Shown piece by piece: positions 11,501 through 25,800 of a stretch of 64,000 nucleotides of DNA. The stretch covers positions 21,142,001 through 21,206,000 of the forward strand of contig OZ004611.1 of the NCBI GenBank assembly GCA_963924565.1, in the 5' to 3' direction. Source of the DNA: Ascidiella aspersa (lineage: Eukaryota). The notes beneath the pieces are model-generated. The model was given only the letters and a program-made list of their open reading frames with translations, did no database searches and was not told where the DNA came from. Position 1 is the first letter of the stretch, and each line of letters begins with the position of its first letter. A program made the translations under genes and the position numbers.

Positions 11501-14500
11501 TAAAATCGAGGACATAGATCTTTTTTACTCACCTTTGGCGAACCAGGCGGTTTCCCTGGGAGGGGCAGAATTGTTGCCGAGGTAACCTCCTCGATCTGCG
11601 CAAGATAAAAAACACGTTATTTAACGAAGGTGGGTGTTTAGCTTTTTAAAGCACTACAGATTGCCAAATGGATTGGGACATTGTAATCTCTGCGGCAATT
11701 CAGCTTTGCACTATACAGTAGAGATCGGGTCAATTCAGCTTTACTCTTGAAAAGTGCCTCAGTAGATTTCGGTGGACTGGGTAAAACGAGTTTGTCTGAA
11801 ATGTGTTTTGCTTTATCGTTTTACTAAATTTAAACAGACTAAAATTTAGCTCATAAAGGTTCGAAAATCAATCAAACGACTAGCTGCCCAGTTTGAATCA
11901 GTTTAATGGAAACAACGTTGTACTGAGCAGCTGTACGTTTTACAAATAAAAACAGGGAAATATTATACCCTGTGGCCTGGCCACAATGCTTGAAAATAAT
12001 ATTTTGAACCAAATTGAACGGATATGAAGCCTCAAGTTTTCGTAATCTAGTATCATTTGTACAGTTTATATAGTGTTTTATTGGCTGTTTTAAAATAACA
12101 ATTGTCTTCATTTGACCTTAGGTTTTATTTGGCTGTTTAAAAAACACTTACTTTTTCTGTTTTTAATACTTTTTCAAAAAAAAAAACGTTTTAAAACCTG
12201 ATGAACCCAGGGTACGATTGATCAGCTTCCGTCGCCATGACGACTGCTGCTCCAGCTCGAGCATTGCGACCTCCTGCGGATCTTTGATCACCCGGCCAGT
12301 GGCGCCGCGGAAGTCCATGGGAACGAGGTAGCCGCCGTCGTGATGCTGTAGACACAAAATGGCGTTCAAATAAAGTCGTGAATAAGCGTTCGAAGACAAA
12401 CAAACACTTTCCAGACGAAACACAACGCATAACCATTGGAAAAATAAACATGGAGAACAGGATAATGATAACAAGCTTTGGATTAGGCCATCTCTTTCGT
12501 GTTGGGTTTATTATTTTTGCCTTTGCAGGTTTCATTTGTATAAACAGTGGGAAATTTTCTGAACTACCAACTGCCTAGCATGGGTGATTCCTTCAATAAA
12601 TAAATTTTGCCAGCTTTAAAAGTGTACTAGTCTGGCAAATCAACTTTTCGACAATACCACACGCTAAACCACGCAAGCTTTTGCAGAAGAAAGTAGTAAT
12701 CATTGCTTGAATTCAAGGCTCTCTGAATGGAGTCGTACACTGGCAATAAGCAAAACGATTCTCAAGCAGAAAAAATGGCAGCATTGCAGCAGCCTTAAAA
12801 CCACAAATAGAGAACGGAGTCGGCCACTCACGTTTATTGATCTGTCGCTGGACGAACGAATGAGGTTGGACGGAACTTGTCGCCTTGCGCTTAAGTAAGA
12901 TTCGTAGAAGCGGCTTCCGTTCTAAAGCATAAGAAATCGCAGATAAACACAACGTATTATTTTTGCCGACACTTCTATAGACCTGTCAAGTTTTAGCATA
13001 TTGCACTTAATCATAAAACTAATCTACATACTTTAGTCCAGGGTTTCTTAACCAGGGGCGTGGAGAACTGTTCCAAGGGAGTGAAATCACAGAAAACGTA
13101 TTACTGTTATTTATTTATTTAATCAGGTAAATATAAAACTAACTCAGATTTTGGTATCGTGTTACTGTTTTATCAATTACTTGTATGAAAATAAAATTAC
13201 AAAGGTTTGTTATTTAAGCAATTCTATAAAGGGGTGCGAAAATTGGCTGGTGATTTAAAAGTGGTACAGCTAAAAAAAAGGTTAAGAACCAATGCTTTAG
13301 ATACTATTAATGTTTATCAAGCGTTTTCACAGGTTTTAAATCATTCGAAAATTTTTAAAGACTTTCGGTTTTTTTGAAGAAGGCTGGAAAAATTTTAAAG
13401 ACATTCGGTTTTTTTGAAAGAAGGCTGGGCATAAGCGTAATTGAGGGTTTATAACGTTGCTTGGAAAATAGGGATTAGACCAGTGTTTCTCAGCCTTTTA
13501 TGGCTGGCGTCACTCCTATAATAAATATATTGCGGCACCCGTTACAAGATTGTTTAGACAATTTAATAGAATATCACAATAAACGGAACTGGAACAACAC
13601 ACATCAACCCTACACAACCTAGGAAGTTATACCTGGATTTATTCCACTCTAATCCTACACAAAAAGTTCTAAGAGTTAAGCAAAAATCAGATTCTTAGAT
13701 TATTAAAGATTTTCAAATATCTCTCGGCAATCTTGAGCTTAAAAATTGGCACCCAAGGGTGTCGCGGCACCCCGGTTGAGAACAACTGGATTAGGCCAAT
13801 GCCCCAGCTTTAACATATACTTACCATTGTGAGTCGGAGCCCGGCGATCCATGCTGACCTTAAGTGGTTGGAGTCGGCACAAAACCATCGGATGAGCGCG
13901 CCGCTCGTGAGGGAACGAGGCTGAAAACAAAACCCGGTGGTGAAAAACTTGATTAAAAAGCGTCAAGTAAAAAAAAAAGTTTAGTAAGGTTCATACGGCG
14001 CATAGCGTCCACCTTAAACTATGAAAATTTTTAGGGTTTTTCAATATACGATTTAAATTTTTCAAAGGCGCGAAATAAGCCAACATAAATCTGAAAATTT
14101 CACTCAATCCTATCTGCGGTATACTTCCCAACGCAATGCGTGTCTGCGCTATATCCAAATCCAAAATACGCGACGACGGTTTATTTCGGGAGCACAATGC
14201 CCTGGAACGCAAAAAGCGAGCGGCGGCCAACAACCAACATACAGAAAAAAGCAGCAGGAAATCCGAAAATTCGCGGGCGGATGGCGCAACCTTTTCGAAG
14301 CAACGAGAATCTGTCGATACTGACAGCAATTGGGCGGCGCCGGACTTCTTGCCTGCCGAGCCACTGAACGACTAGAAGCGAGCGAGATACTTACTTTTAG
14401 GCAAAAGGTAAAGGGCGTGGGAGAGTTGCCGCAAACTTTCTTATTGCCAATAGGAAACCAGACGTGGGCTGAATGGACCTCGGCGATGCACACGAGATGC

Positions 14501-17500
14501 CGGGGGTCCTGGATGAAAAAAGCGAGATTTAAAATTGGGGGTCGTTTGGCAATACACCGTGATTTTTGAGGAATAAACCAAACTAGTGTTTTATAGCGTA
14601 ACACAAATATTTTTGTCAAGATGCCGGGGGTCCTTAAAGAAAAAATGCGAAATTTAGATTGAGAGGGTCGATTGGTAAATATTCCTTGCTTTTTGAGAAA
14701 TACACCAAACTAGTGTCTTATAATGAAAAACAAATCTTTTCGGGATAATTGGAGTGAAAAAAACGAGCATTTTTCAAACAGTCAATCTGTACATTTTAAA
14801 ACTATCCGTTTAACATTTTTAAAACTATCCGTTTGTTAATTAATAATATTTTAATAAAAAGGTACGATACCTTTTTTTATTTTATAGAAATTTAAACGAT
14901 AATCAGCGAACAAAGAGTGGGTAAAGTACCACAATGGAGACAATACGCTTTCTACTTATTTAACAAATTTAAATGTGCATTGTGTTACGTTGCTTAAAGA
15001 AAAACAATGGTGTTAATGAAACATCCAACCCAAAGCTAATCAACTTGGGTTTCGTAATATGTTAATACATGAATTAGCAACAGTTCTAAAGTAGAAATCA
15101 ACCATGGATAAAAACACTCGAAAATGATATAATACGCCGAACGTATTCACAACCTATTAGGTAGCTCACCAACAAGACTCTTGTCAATGCAAAAATCGCA
15201 AGAAAACTAATTTAAGAAAAACAAGTCCGGAGTCATAAAAACTGCCTTCACTTGTGTGGACTTGACATTTAAAGCCAAAATACAATCAAGGAATCACTCA
15301 ACCAACCTTGCTGGTGTTCTTATTGCTGTAGTAGAGACCGGAATTCCTCAGAACGCAGTAAAGTTTTTTCCAGCTTCGTTTTCCCACCTCTCTTACGTGG
15401 AGCCAGCCGCACATTTCAGGCGCCGTTTTCGTAAGAATGTGCTAAAAAAAGCAGGAAATCGTAAACCAAAAATAAAACGGTTTTCCTTTTTGCGTGTAAG
15501 CCAAAGGATCAAACGTACAAATATAAGCATTTATAGCCCTGATGATTATTTCCCACATAGGTTGTCAAAATGTCGGTGCACTTAATGTTTTAATGCCTGG
15601 AGGCAACCGTATAACGTTTTAGTTTTATTACTTTTAACGTTATTAGGATTTATTTAGATTACGTGAGTTCTGGTGTTAGTTGTGCCCTGTTTAGCTATTG
15701 GAATGTCTAAAAAATACTTTTAAATAGCCGATAAAGCAAAAAATGTCGTATTAAAAAAAACTCTTTACTGTATTAGGTTGCGTGCACGCCATTTTTAGCT
15801 AAACGATACGCATAACCACACATTAAATGCAAGCAAGACAACACTTTAACCTGATTAAACATTATTGATGTTAAATAGAATTTCTTAAGTTTAATTGTAA
15901 AAGGCGCACAGTGAATTAAAGATTCGGGGAAATTGCAGCATTAACTCACGTTGCAATCCGCAACTAACAGAATATGCATAAGCATTAATACTGATAAATA
16001 TAAAAGCACAATAGGCACGCATATAATTTTGACCTCACCTGCATTTGGAGTCTTCTAACACTGTCGATATTTTCATTTGAAGGCGAGTTGACAGGAAAGG
16101 TTAACATGTCATCAGGAAGGCATAACTAGGATATTGTATAAATAAATAAAGTATTAGTCAAAACGTCGAAATGGGCTTTGATATTTTTCATTCAACGTAT
16201 AACTACAACCTCCGGCCATTGCTCTAATGTATAACACATACGAGGTTAAGGTCAAGTGTTTCACCTTAATGGAATTCAATTATTTACGAAACCGATATTC
16301 GCACCTCGGGATTTTGAAGTATGCTATATTTGGAGGGAGTTTTGTTGAGGCATAATCGACAAAGCACATCTTGATCCTGGTTCATTGTGACGTCGTCCAT
16401 TATTTCGTAATCCTCGATAAATCGTTCTGAAGAAAAAAATCAAAGTTGTCAAAAAGAAAAAAGGCGTTATACAGTAACTGAAAGTCACAACACCTTAAGC
16501 GCTATTTTTCAGGAAATTAGATTGGTATATTAAAAACTGATTTTGACCTTCAGAAACTTTATTTGATGTAAGAGGTTCCAATTCAGTAGTCAATATTTAA
16601 CATTAAAATTGGTTTCATATTTTGAATATCGGTAAACTTATATTTTACTATAACAAGTAGGCCATGAAAAAATGTAGGAAAAGTGTAAAAACATTAGTTT
16701 AGTTATTTTTTTAGGGGGAAACGTTTTTACCACTACCAAAAACTGGTGATTTCGAAAAATTCTATATATTTAAAGTAAAAATCAAAAATGACTTTAAAAA
16801 TATCTTCTCACCCAACATGGCGTCGGTGTTCTGTTCGATAACGGACCAGGTTGCTATGTCCGGACTTCTGTGTATTTTAGTGAGGATGTTGTGCAAGAGG
16901 AGGGCACACGTCGACGAATGCGGAAGTTCGATTTCCTTCCAACAACCCAAATCAGAAATCCACACGTTCCAAAAGACCTAATAAATTAAAAAAAAATCGA
17001 GATACAATTGAAGCGTCACTAGTTTAAATAAATGACTATGCCTTATCGGGCATTTTCATTAAAGGTTCTAAATGCTATCCTGAACTTAATTGTTATCCAT
17101 GTGAAAAATTACTGAAAAATACCCTTACAAACGAATTTGGCCATATACCTTACCTGTTTTGTTCCATTGCGTTGAATTTTGCACGAAGATATCCTTTCAT
17201 TCTGCAAAAAGTATAACAATGCAAGTTCAAAGTGTACAAGTTGCAGAAGACATGTTACGAAACAGGCTAACGGTTTTCCTAATTCCTTTATCTGTTATTG
17301 TATTTACCATAACCAAACAAAGGCCAGACGACTGTTTCCTGTTATTCGCTAAAAAGAGATCGGGTCGTAGCTAACTATGCAAATAGACTGCCTGCGGTAA
17401 TGCCGTCTGAAAAGCGTAACACTACTATATAAAAAACATCCTGGCAGGATGCATCGATAAGGAAATTCCCCATCCTTAATTTGACATAGTGCTTCATCAA

Positions 17501-20500
17501 GTTGGCCAAAACAAACGTACAGGAGACTGCAGCCACCATTACAAACAACATGTAGACAGAATGTTGTCAATAAGGCATTCATAATTCCATATAAAGGTAT
17601 TGAACTTTAAAAAACTTTCGGAGCATTATTATGCATTTGTTATTTTATACATTCTTCTATTATAAAGCACGTCCACAATATTTTAGTACTTAAGGCTTTA
17701 CTTTCCTTTATCAAAATATCACATCTTTACCAAACTGTCAACTTTTTAAACTTTGTTTACAACTTATGCATTATTTTACATTTGTCATTTTATACATTCT
17801 AAAAGTACGTCCAGAAGTATTTTACTACAAGGCTTTACCTTTTCATCATTAAAGTATCACACCTCTACAACACTCTGTTTACAATTTATGTACTGCGTTT
17901 AAACCAACCTTTCGTTTTGCTAACATTGGGTCAGTAGGACGAGGGGTGGACGGCATTGAAAGCGGAGAGGTCGGTTGAGGGGCGGACGAGGCAAGGTCAG
18001 AATGTGACCCGAAAAACTTCCTGCAATGTAAAATCAACCTATTCTGTTCAAGATAAAATCGAAACAATAACATTACATATAGTTAGCTTAAAGAAAATTT
18101 AATAAAAAATTTTGATTGATTTCTAAATGTTCAAAAGCAAACTGCAATACCTTGAACTATCTATATCCATTTTTAAAAAACAGTTTGTCAACCAACTTGT
18201 TTTACCTAAACACTTTGTGGTCTGCAATTGGTTGCTTTTAAGAAAAAAAAGCAAATGATACTCGGAATTTCTGCACAAAAATATTTATGCACTACCTAAA
18301 CAAATCAACCACAATTCCGCTTATCTGTAAGTTTCCTCCACTTTTCAAGCGCTACATGTTCAACACCAAAAACGCAAAACCAGAGCCTTTATAGCTGCTG
18401 TTGTAGCGGAGAGCAGAAAAATGTATAAAAGAAAATCGTAAATGCGTCAACGAACCTTTTACTTAGGATGGCTACAGGGAGGGATTTAAGGATGTGGCGC
18501 TCGAAGAAATTGGACTTGCTCGTCGTATGGCTTTCCTCTTCGCTTGTAATTGACTCGTTACTCGTGTGGAGGACATGAGTTTCTAAGAAAGGCAAACAGT
18601 ATAAAAATATATATATATATCCATTAAAACACAGCAATAATGTGAGAATAATGGTCTGCGCTTGTAGTTAGTATATATTGTTTATAGCCCTTTTTTAAAT
18701 GAAAAATGAAAATGATCCATGATGAGTTCCTGAAAGGAAACAATTTAAGGTTTTACTGAATATTTGTTTGAAAAAGAGGAGTTTCTTAAGTAAACTGTTA
18801 AATGTGCAAAATCAGCCCAATTGATGTAACCTGAAAACTATTCATGTATCTGAATACTAAAAGAATGTACTCGAAGTAGTACAGGTCACCTTTTACAAGT
18901 TAAATATATACCACATGACACAAGGCAAAACTTCTCACTTGAAACCTTAAGAGCATACCGGCACGATTTTGCCATGGCCACGACCCGCAGAACAACTACT
19001 GGTGATGCACCAATCGAAACATGTCACAAAAATGTCCGGCTAACCGCAAGGCACAAGGACCACAAGGTACATGGGCAAAGTGACGGTTTCTGCAGTGACG
19101 CACATTACAAGTAGGCACAGCCTAGGTGGCCAGATTTCTGTTCAAAATGATCATGTCAGTTCAAGTGGTATTTGATGACAAGAGTCCAGAGAAGCGACCG
19201 GCCTGTTTTGTGACCACTTCTGAGAAACAGTAATAACTTTCAGTTCACTAGTTTTACCACATCATTGCATAACCTTGGGCAGTAAACTATGTGAGACCAA
19301 GGCATTGCGTAGAAAATTTCATATAAATTAGTTTCGATACTTACATAAATATTTACTCATCAAGATGAAGCAATTAGAAATTTCATAGTTATTATTCATG
19401 AAACCTTGCTGTAATCCAAGAACAAACAGACCAAGACTCAAAACTAATTTCACTAAAACGACAAAATAACAAATATATCGTAAAAAGCATTAAATTCTAC
19501 CTGGGAAAGCTTAAACTAACCAACAAGCTACAAATCTAGTGACACGGAAACAAATTCTCCACAAAGGGCTAAACAGGTCTGGGTAATAACTTAGGAATGT
19601 ATATACTAACATTGATAACACATGCCAGTCATACCAATTAGACTTACTAAGAACTAATCTTCCACCACATACCATTTTATCACTACAAAACTACAAAGTT
19701 TTGCTTGACTTCGTCACAAAAATATCAATATCTACATATTGTATTAATTTATATATTTAATTTTATTTGTTAAACTTCTGACATGTGATCAATTCATATT
19801 TTTCACTGTAATTTAGCTGGCCCAATTGCTAAATTCTAATGCCTGAAAATGGCACCTTGTAGTATCACAGTCACTAAAGCACCAGCATTAACTAGTAAAG
19901 TGCCAAAGTAAGCAAACAATCACAAACAAAGTCTAATCACAGCTTTGATGAGTCAAACCTGGCACAGAGCTGGTAATAAGCCAGTCTGGACCTGGAGAAA
20001 ATCCCCTTTTCTCATTCAAACAAATCCAGTGTCGTAATAAATAGAGGAAGTTAGTCATCGCAGTTGTGTCATACGGAGTTACATCCCATTCAGTACTGAG
20101 TAGCACTGGCTATGTTTTATGAAATTACATGTAAAACAGTGGCAAATCTATCAACACTTCCTAAAGTCATTTTTTTTTAATATTGCCTTTATGACCAAAA
20201 GAGTAATGCATGACGAAAAGAGTATTGCTTGTGAAAAAAAAAATTAAAATAGGATATAAAAACAAATTTAGAGAATGGAGTTGTTATGTCAGTATATATT
20301 AATACGCATTTCAATTACAACACTCGGTAGTAAAATGCGGTGGGGAAAGTTTGATCCAGTTTCAAGTTTAAATAGGTTTGCGTGGGTGTACATTTAAAAA
20401 CTTACACAAATTTCCTAAGAGCTATAAAAAAGTGTGACTAGTGGAAATATGTGCGGCAGTTGTAAGAGCGCATGGGGTCGGTAAACCTCAGCAACCTATT

Positions 20501-21865
20501 TTAATCGGAGTTTGCCCAAAATTATTTCTGGCATTGCATCTGTAATTCCAAAACTTATTTATATAATTTATTTATAACTCATAGAATGAGAAGCACTAAC
20601 GATAAACTTCAGTGTCACTTCTGCAGATTAAGGATATCATATATCAAAAACATGGGGATTGTATGTACCCCAAACACTACACATGTCTATAAACACAGTG
20701 AAATCTTGCACCACTTGGAACATGCACTGATAAGAAGCCTACACATTTATGTACACACATAGAGTGTAATCAAATACCCCCACTATTATGGAATAAATAG
20801 GTCTAAAACAGTCTGAGCACACCTGTTTAGATTAAATATACATAAATCCAGTAACTAATGCAAAAATGCTGCAACACACAATTTACAAGTCAGCTTAAAG
20901 CCTTTTTGTATTATTACAATGTATTTATAAATCAAGGTTATTGTTACAGTGTATTTGAACAAGTGTGGTATAAACTAAATCAATCTGCTTTTTTAATTAC
21001 AGGTAGTTGAAGGGGCAGCTATTTTATAACACAGCAAAATTAAAAAAGTCTTCCCTATTGAACAAACTTTCATTAAAAATAAAAGAGGGTAAATTGACAA
21101 AATTATTAATTAAGTTAATTACCTCCACCACCAGAAGAACTGCTGATATCAGTTTGGGAAGATTCTTCATTGCCGCTGTCGATTTGTGATATTAGAGCAT
21201 CGAGGTCAACATCATCATCTAAAAAAATTATGTCAGTTGAATACTTGCATTTATTTTTGAAAACACAAAAATTTGCATTTATTTTTGAAAACACAAAAAA
21301 GTGAAATAAATTAGATATATTACTTTTTTTGTATATAAAGTTTTGCCTGTTTGTTGCAACAAAAATAGTATGAAATATTGTGTAAAAAAGCGGGTCACCT
21401 TTAAGAGTTAACTGGTAAACTTTCAGAATACCATTAGCGAACTATTAGAAGTTTAATATAACTTTCTTCAGGTGGGAACTCTAAGAGCAGACTAACAATG
21501 ATGAGGGGTCAAATGTCTCTAGAGTTTGACGTAACAGATTTGTTCCTTAGGCCACTGAATAAACTGCTACGGTACAATAGAAGGCACTCTGTATGATGGG
21601 CACTTTGGTGTGTAGGCACAAGCTTTCAAGCAACAGTTCAATTGTTTGGCAAACGGCGGCAGAGCCCGTAATTGTGAAAATAGGCGCCCTCGAGAAGTAG
21701 GCATTATTTACAAAACATGACAGGCGTGGTCCGGCAATCGCCGTAACTCTATAGCCGCTGCGGAGAAGTGATTTACGTCAATGCTGACACCAAAGTCCTA
21801 AATTGATTACCTTTTGAGCTTAAGCCATTGAGCTCTTCTGTTTGCACGATAAGACACGGCTCCAT
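8585..21865 (-). CDS. GRB10: GRB7/GRB10/GRB14-family adaptor (RA-PH-BPS-SH2), ~17 coding exons; the N-terminus may extend into upstream exons
   Basis: Approximate exons: 21811-21865 (MEPCLIV..), 21123-21218 (DDVDLDAL), 18456-18582, 17908-18020, 17154-17201, RA 16812-16977 and 16304-16426 ([14 protein letters not shown]), 16039-16125, PH 15307-15440 ([28 protein letters not shown]), 14394-14508 (DPRHL), 13824-13920, 12821-12921, BPS 12197-12346 ([17 protein letters not shown]), 11533-11595, SH2 11068-11156 ([17 protein letters not shown]), 10557-10650 (TFLIRESQ), 8585-8731 ([25 protein letters not shown], stop). Probably a pro-ortholog of GRB7/10/14; the symbol names the closest-looking member. 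Confidence 0.9.
13039..13294. mobile_element. hAT-type MITE
   Basis: CAGGGTTTCTTAACC ... GGTTAAGAACCAATG termini; TSD CTTTAGTC/CTTTAGAT (6/8). Confidence 0.6.
13481..13788. mobile_element. hAT-type MITE
   Basis: CAGTGTTTCTCA ... TGAGAACAACTG termini; TSD GATTAGAC/GATTAGGC (7/8). Confidence 0.75.
14495..14740. repeat. Diverged ~124-bp tandem duplication spanning a GRB splice acceptor
   Basis: AGATGCCGGGGGTCCT...CCAAACTAGTGT...ACAAAT occurs twice with offset 124. Confidence 0.75.
17630..17892. repeat. Diverged ~145-bp tandem duplication in a GRB intron
   Basis: TTTTATACATTCT...ACGTCCA...AAGGCTTTAC...TATCACA...TGTTTACAA appears twice. Confidence 0.6.
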
Positions 21866-24800
21866 TTCAAGGAGCAGTTTCTCCTTTTTACTCAGTTTCA
21901 AGTTTGACCTACAAGGATATAAAAGGTTACGGGAGCGGTCACACAAGAGCTTAATATGCATTTTGTACTTTAGTTTTAATTACTCTTGCATTCTGACTCG
22001 TAACACATAGCTTTCGAGGTGGCCCAGTTAAATAAGTGCATGTTCTACTTATAAAAAATGACTGAACATGTCAAAGTCATAACTTTGGTTTAATTTGATA
22101 AACCTAACAATGTATATTTGGGTTATCCAGACAACTTTAAAAAAAATAATGACAACTAGTGATTTTGTTAAACTTTTAGAAGGTGAAAGTAGCCTGGAAA
22201 TTAAACTTTGAAAACAAACAAAGAAACAAACAAAATTACTTTAAATGTTAAAAAAAAAAAAAAAAACTGCTAATGAAAATAAATAATGTTATTAAATTAG
22301 GCCCTAATGAATATTGTCACTGGTAGCGATTGTTCTATTGGACAATGAAATTTAAAATTTGCATACAGTAAAACCAAAGCGTTAATCATAGGATTTTTTG
22401 TGGTAATACTTCAATGGCAAGCTTATAATTATTGTACTCTGGGTAAAGGATTTTGGAAGTTTTCAAAGATTCTACAAATCGGATAAGCTGGCATGGTATT
22501 TCCAAGTACGATCTAACCTTTCCGGGAACTGTTTTCTACACATAAAAACAAAAATTCCAGCTTGTATATTTTGCAACCCGGTGGCTGATGCCAAGTAAGA
22601 CAGGCAAAATAGGCATACAATAGGGCACTTACCGTCTTTTTGCGACGTGTATTAATCCTCCAAAGGATTTTTTTGGTGTCTTTGATGTCAAAAATACCAG
22701 GAACGCCCACTCTGCTGACCAACCAACAATTATGTCATTAACGTCGTTAATGCCTGCAGGCCGATTTAGAACTTGGACATGTAATGTAAAGCACTTACGC
22801 TAAGCTGCAGGGAACATGTGACAAATTGAGATTTAAGACGTTTCGGAAACTTGCTTTCAAAGCGAATGCATAGAGTACTACCAACAAGAAATCGACAGGA
22901 GATAATAAATAATTTTCAGTTTAGTAACACAAACAAACACATCACAGAATAAACTAGCTTTTTCGACACCAACTTAAAGCATTGTCCAAAACTAAGATTA
23001 AAAAACTAAATTTCTAAATTTAATTTCAATCTATATTTTAAATTTGAAAACATAGTAGGAAATACACAAGTTTGGATTTAATCCAATTTTACAAAAAGTA
23101 ATTATGTTGTGTGCAGTTCAATTGCAAAAAACTTATCCCTCAATTAGGACTGACCTTTAATATAAATAAACTTCTACTAAAAAAACAACTTTTCAATAAA
23201 ATAATAACGTTCAGTTACTGGCAACTTTCGGTAATTTTAATCTAACAGTAAAATTCTTGGAATCTACAAAATATTAATTAACTGCAAATAATACAAATGC
23301 AAGCGGCAACAACTGAAGCAATGATTATTACATCAAGGCCATTAACCTGCCACATCTCTCTCTTCACCTGTATGACTGTGTACTTTAGCTGTGCCATTGC
23401 ACAAATGCCGACTGTTTAGCACAGGTCATGAGCAATATACCGCTGTGAGAGCAGGCTCAGCCTTTTACTCCTGGTTAAGCAACTGTAGCAGCATTGGACT
23501 GATACGGACCAGAGATTGTGGCGGCTTGAAAAGAGTTAGCAGTTGCAGCATTGAAACCCTTGTTTGCATAGGGGGAGAAGTTCGGCTGCCTTCCAACATC
23601 AATAAAATGTCACAGAGACGTTCTTTGTCAGTGCAATATCTCGCCTGTGGCCTGGCAGGATTCGACTACTGGGTCAACAATCCATTTGCCACATTTAATT
23701 GGCCCCGGCGGCCGACATTGTCATGTGCGTTGCCAGTGGCACACAAAGACAGTTATAGATTGCTGACATGTCTGCAATGCCAGTGCACTTTCCTGTCACA
23801 CTTGACCTCAAACACATGGTAGACAAGTATTTAAAGTTCAATATAACTTGCAGTTTGATATTTGCCAAACAGGCTGTAATGTCACCCATATCCTTTGCAT
23901 ATCTTGACCTACATTTTAGGAAGTGTGTGTGATTAGCAAAACCACGGTCAATAGAAATACCCATATATTTACTATAGATAGGCCTGCAGGATTATAGAAT
24001 GTTAAACTTTGGAAAATATTGTATGCAGACTCCTTGCCATTTTTGACCTAATTTTAACCTGTGAGCTGGTTGATGATATTTTTTATTTACAATGCCAGTT
24101 TAGTACAACATCCAAACAATGCATACCCAGAAGTCAAATTCACATGGGAACTCAAAACCAGTGCTGACCTACATAATTGCTGCAACATTTGGCTCTCAAA
24201 GGAGTAAAATCATGTGCAAATTTACTTTTCTAAAAATAGCACTCTCAAGAACATTACAAAATGCTACATATACATAGAAGGTACTCAAAAGACTTGAAGA
24301 TGGCAAACATTTATCTTTCCTTCACTCGTTTCCTATATATTCATCATCCTTTTCAATCAAATAATGTTTATTTAAGAACGACATTAGCAGAAGTGGTTGT
24401 GGACTTAGACCCCTATAGGCTAAGTTAGACTTTGAGTAAATGTGTTGGGCAAATAACTCCCCGCCAAAAAGAAAAACTAACGCTTATTACCTGTTAACAA
24501 TATATAACAATAACACTATACAAAAATGATTGTCTGTAGTACTTAACGCCAAGCAAACCGTAATTATTATTATGTCAGAGTCAGACTTGTACACTAAACA
24601 ACTTAATTAAACTTTGTGAATACGCCAAGATCAGTAAAGACTGTACTATTTCCAACAAAAATAAAACAGAACTTTTATTAATACCAGATTAGCATATACG
24701 TAATCAAATAGTTCTCGTAAATTTTGCACATACCAAGCTCACAGCCTTTTTACTTCTGTCAAGCAACTAGCCAGCACTTAGAACAATCTTGCAGCTGTGT

Positions 24801-25139
24801 GTAAATCCGGCACGCGTATTGCGAAATCTCGTTACACTTCGAAAGTCAAACGAAGAACGTTAGTTTAGGCAGGCCGCAAATTATAGCGCTAAGCCGGATA
24901 CAAAAATCGAATTAACCTTTGTGCGTCTATGTCATGTTCAGCCGTAACTAAGCGTAACAGCGACACTAACCAGACTCGTGATTTGTCAAAGAGAACGTAA
25001 AAGAAACATGTTTACAATTTACAGTATTTGTCTTTTTATACTCTGCAAAAGTAAATGCACAACTGTGCGCAGTAGGCAAAAAATCACCGTAAACTCAATC
25101 TTGCAAATTATCTTTAAACTAAAACGTCGGCAAACAAAC

Positions 25140-25800
25140 TAGCTTTACTATACCTCTCCATTAATTAAAACCTTACGTAAAGAGTGACACCTTGAGCCTG
25201 TCAACCACGCAAGTAACTAAATTCGATTTCGCTAGTCGCTTGCAAACATCACGGAAAAAGTCGCCTTTCTTCGGCTTTAAGTCGAAATCTAATTGTCTTT
25301 GGCGCACAGACGAGGTGATAACGCATGAACGTTGGTCGAGCGATAGCGCGTCAAAGGCTACAGTGTGCATACACTGGCGCTCGAATACCAATACGACCGA
25401 CGAGCCGCGGCCGCGATGTTACGAGATATGAATGGAACAAGCCCTCGAACGGCGCGAGCACTCGTACCCGTGCCGCCGCTCGTCTACTTCAAACGGCGTT
25501 GCCGCCCGGACCGTTGTCGACGGGTGTGAATGAGCTCGTATTACGTCACTCTTTTTCGGCCGCTCGGCTGTTTATGGTCAGGAAGGAGACGGCGCGTTTA
25601 CTATTTGTGCGCGCAACCGGCGAATATGACATGAGCGTACGGTTTTGTGACACGTTTCTGCGGCCGCTGCCGAACACTTGAATTATTGATGCCGTTCGCC
25701 GATCGCCCCGCGTCGCCGCACGCCCAAGAATGCAAGGAATTTACAAGAAAATTGGCGATTGTAAATATGGGAGGGGAGTTCAATTCGGGCTCGAACGGAA
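25140..25800 (-). promoter_or_regulatory. CpG-rich putative promoter/first-exon region of the GRB gene
   Basis: Sharp CpG/GC island upstream of the first coding exon; minus-strand donor TTTAC|gtaagg at ~25177; a second candidate upstream exon ends at 22632 (ACG|gtaagt). Confidence 0.5.

Noticed and set aside
23391-23822. 143-aa + strand ORF in the GRB upstream intron
   Set aside because: GTG start, no domain or convincing splice structure.
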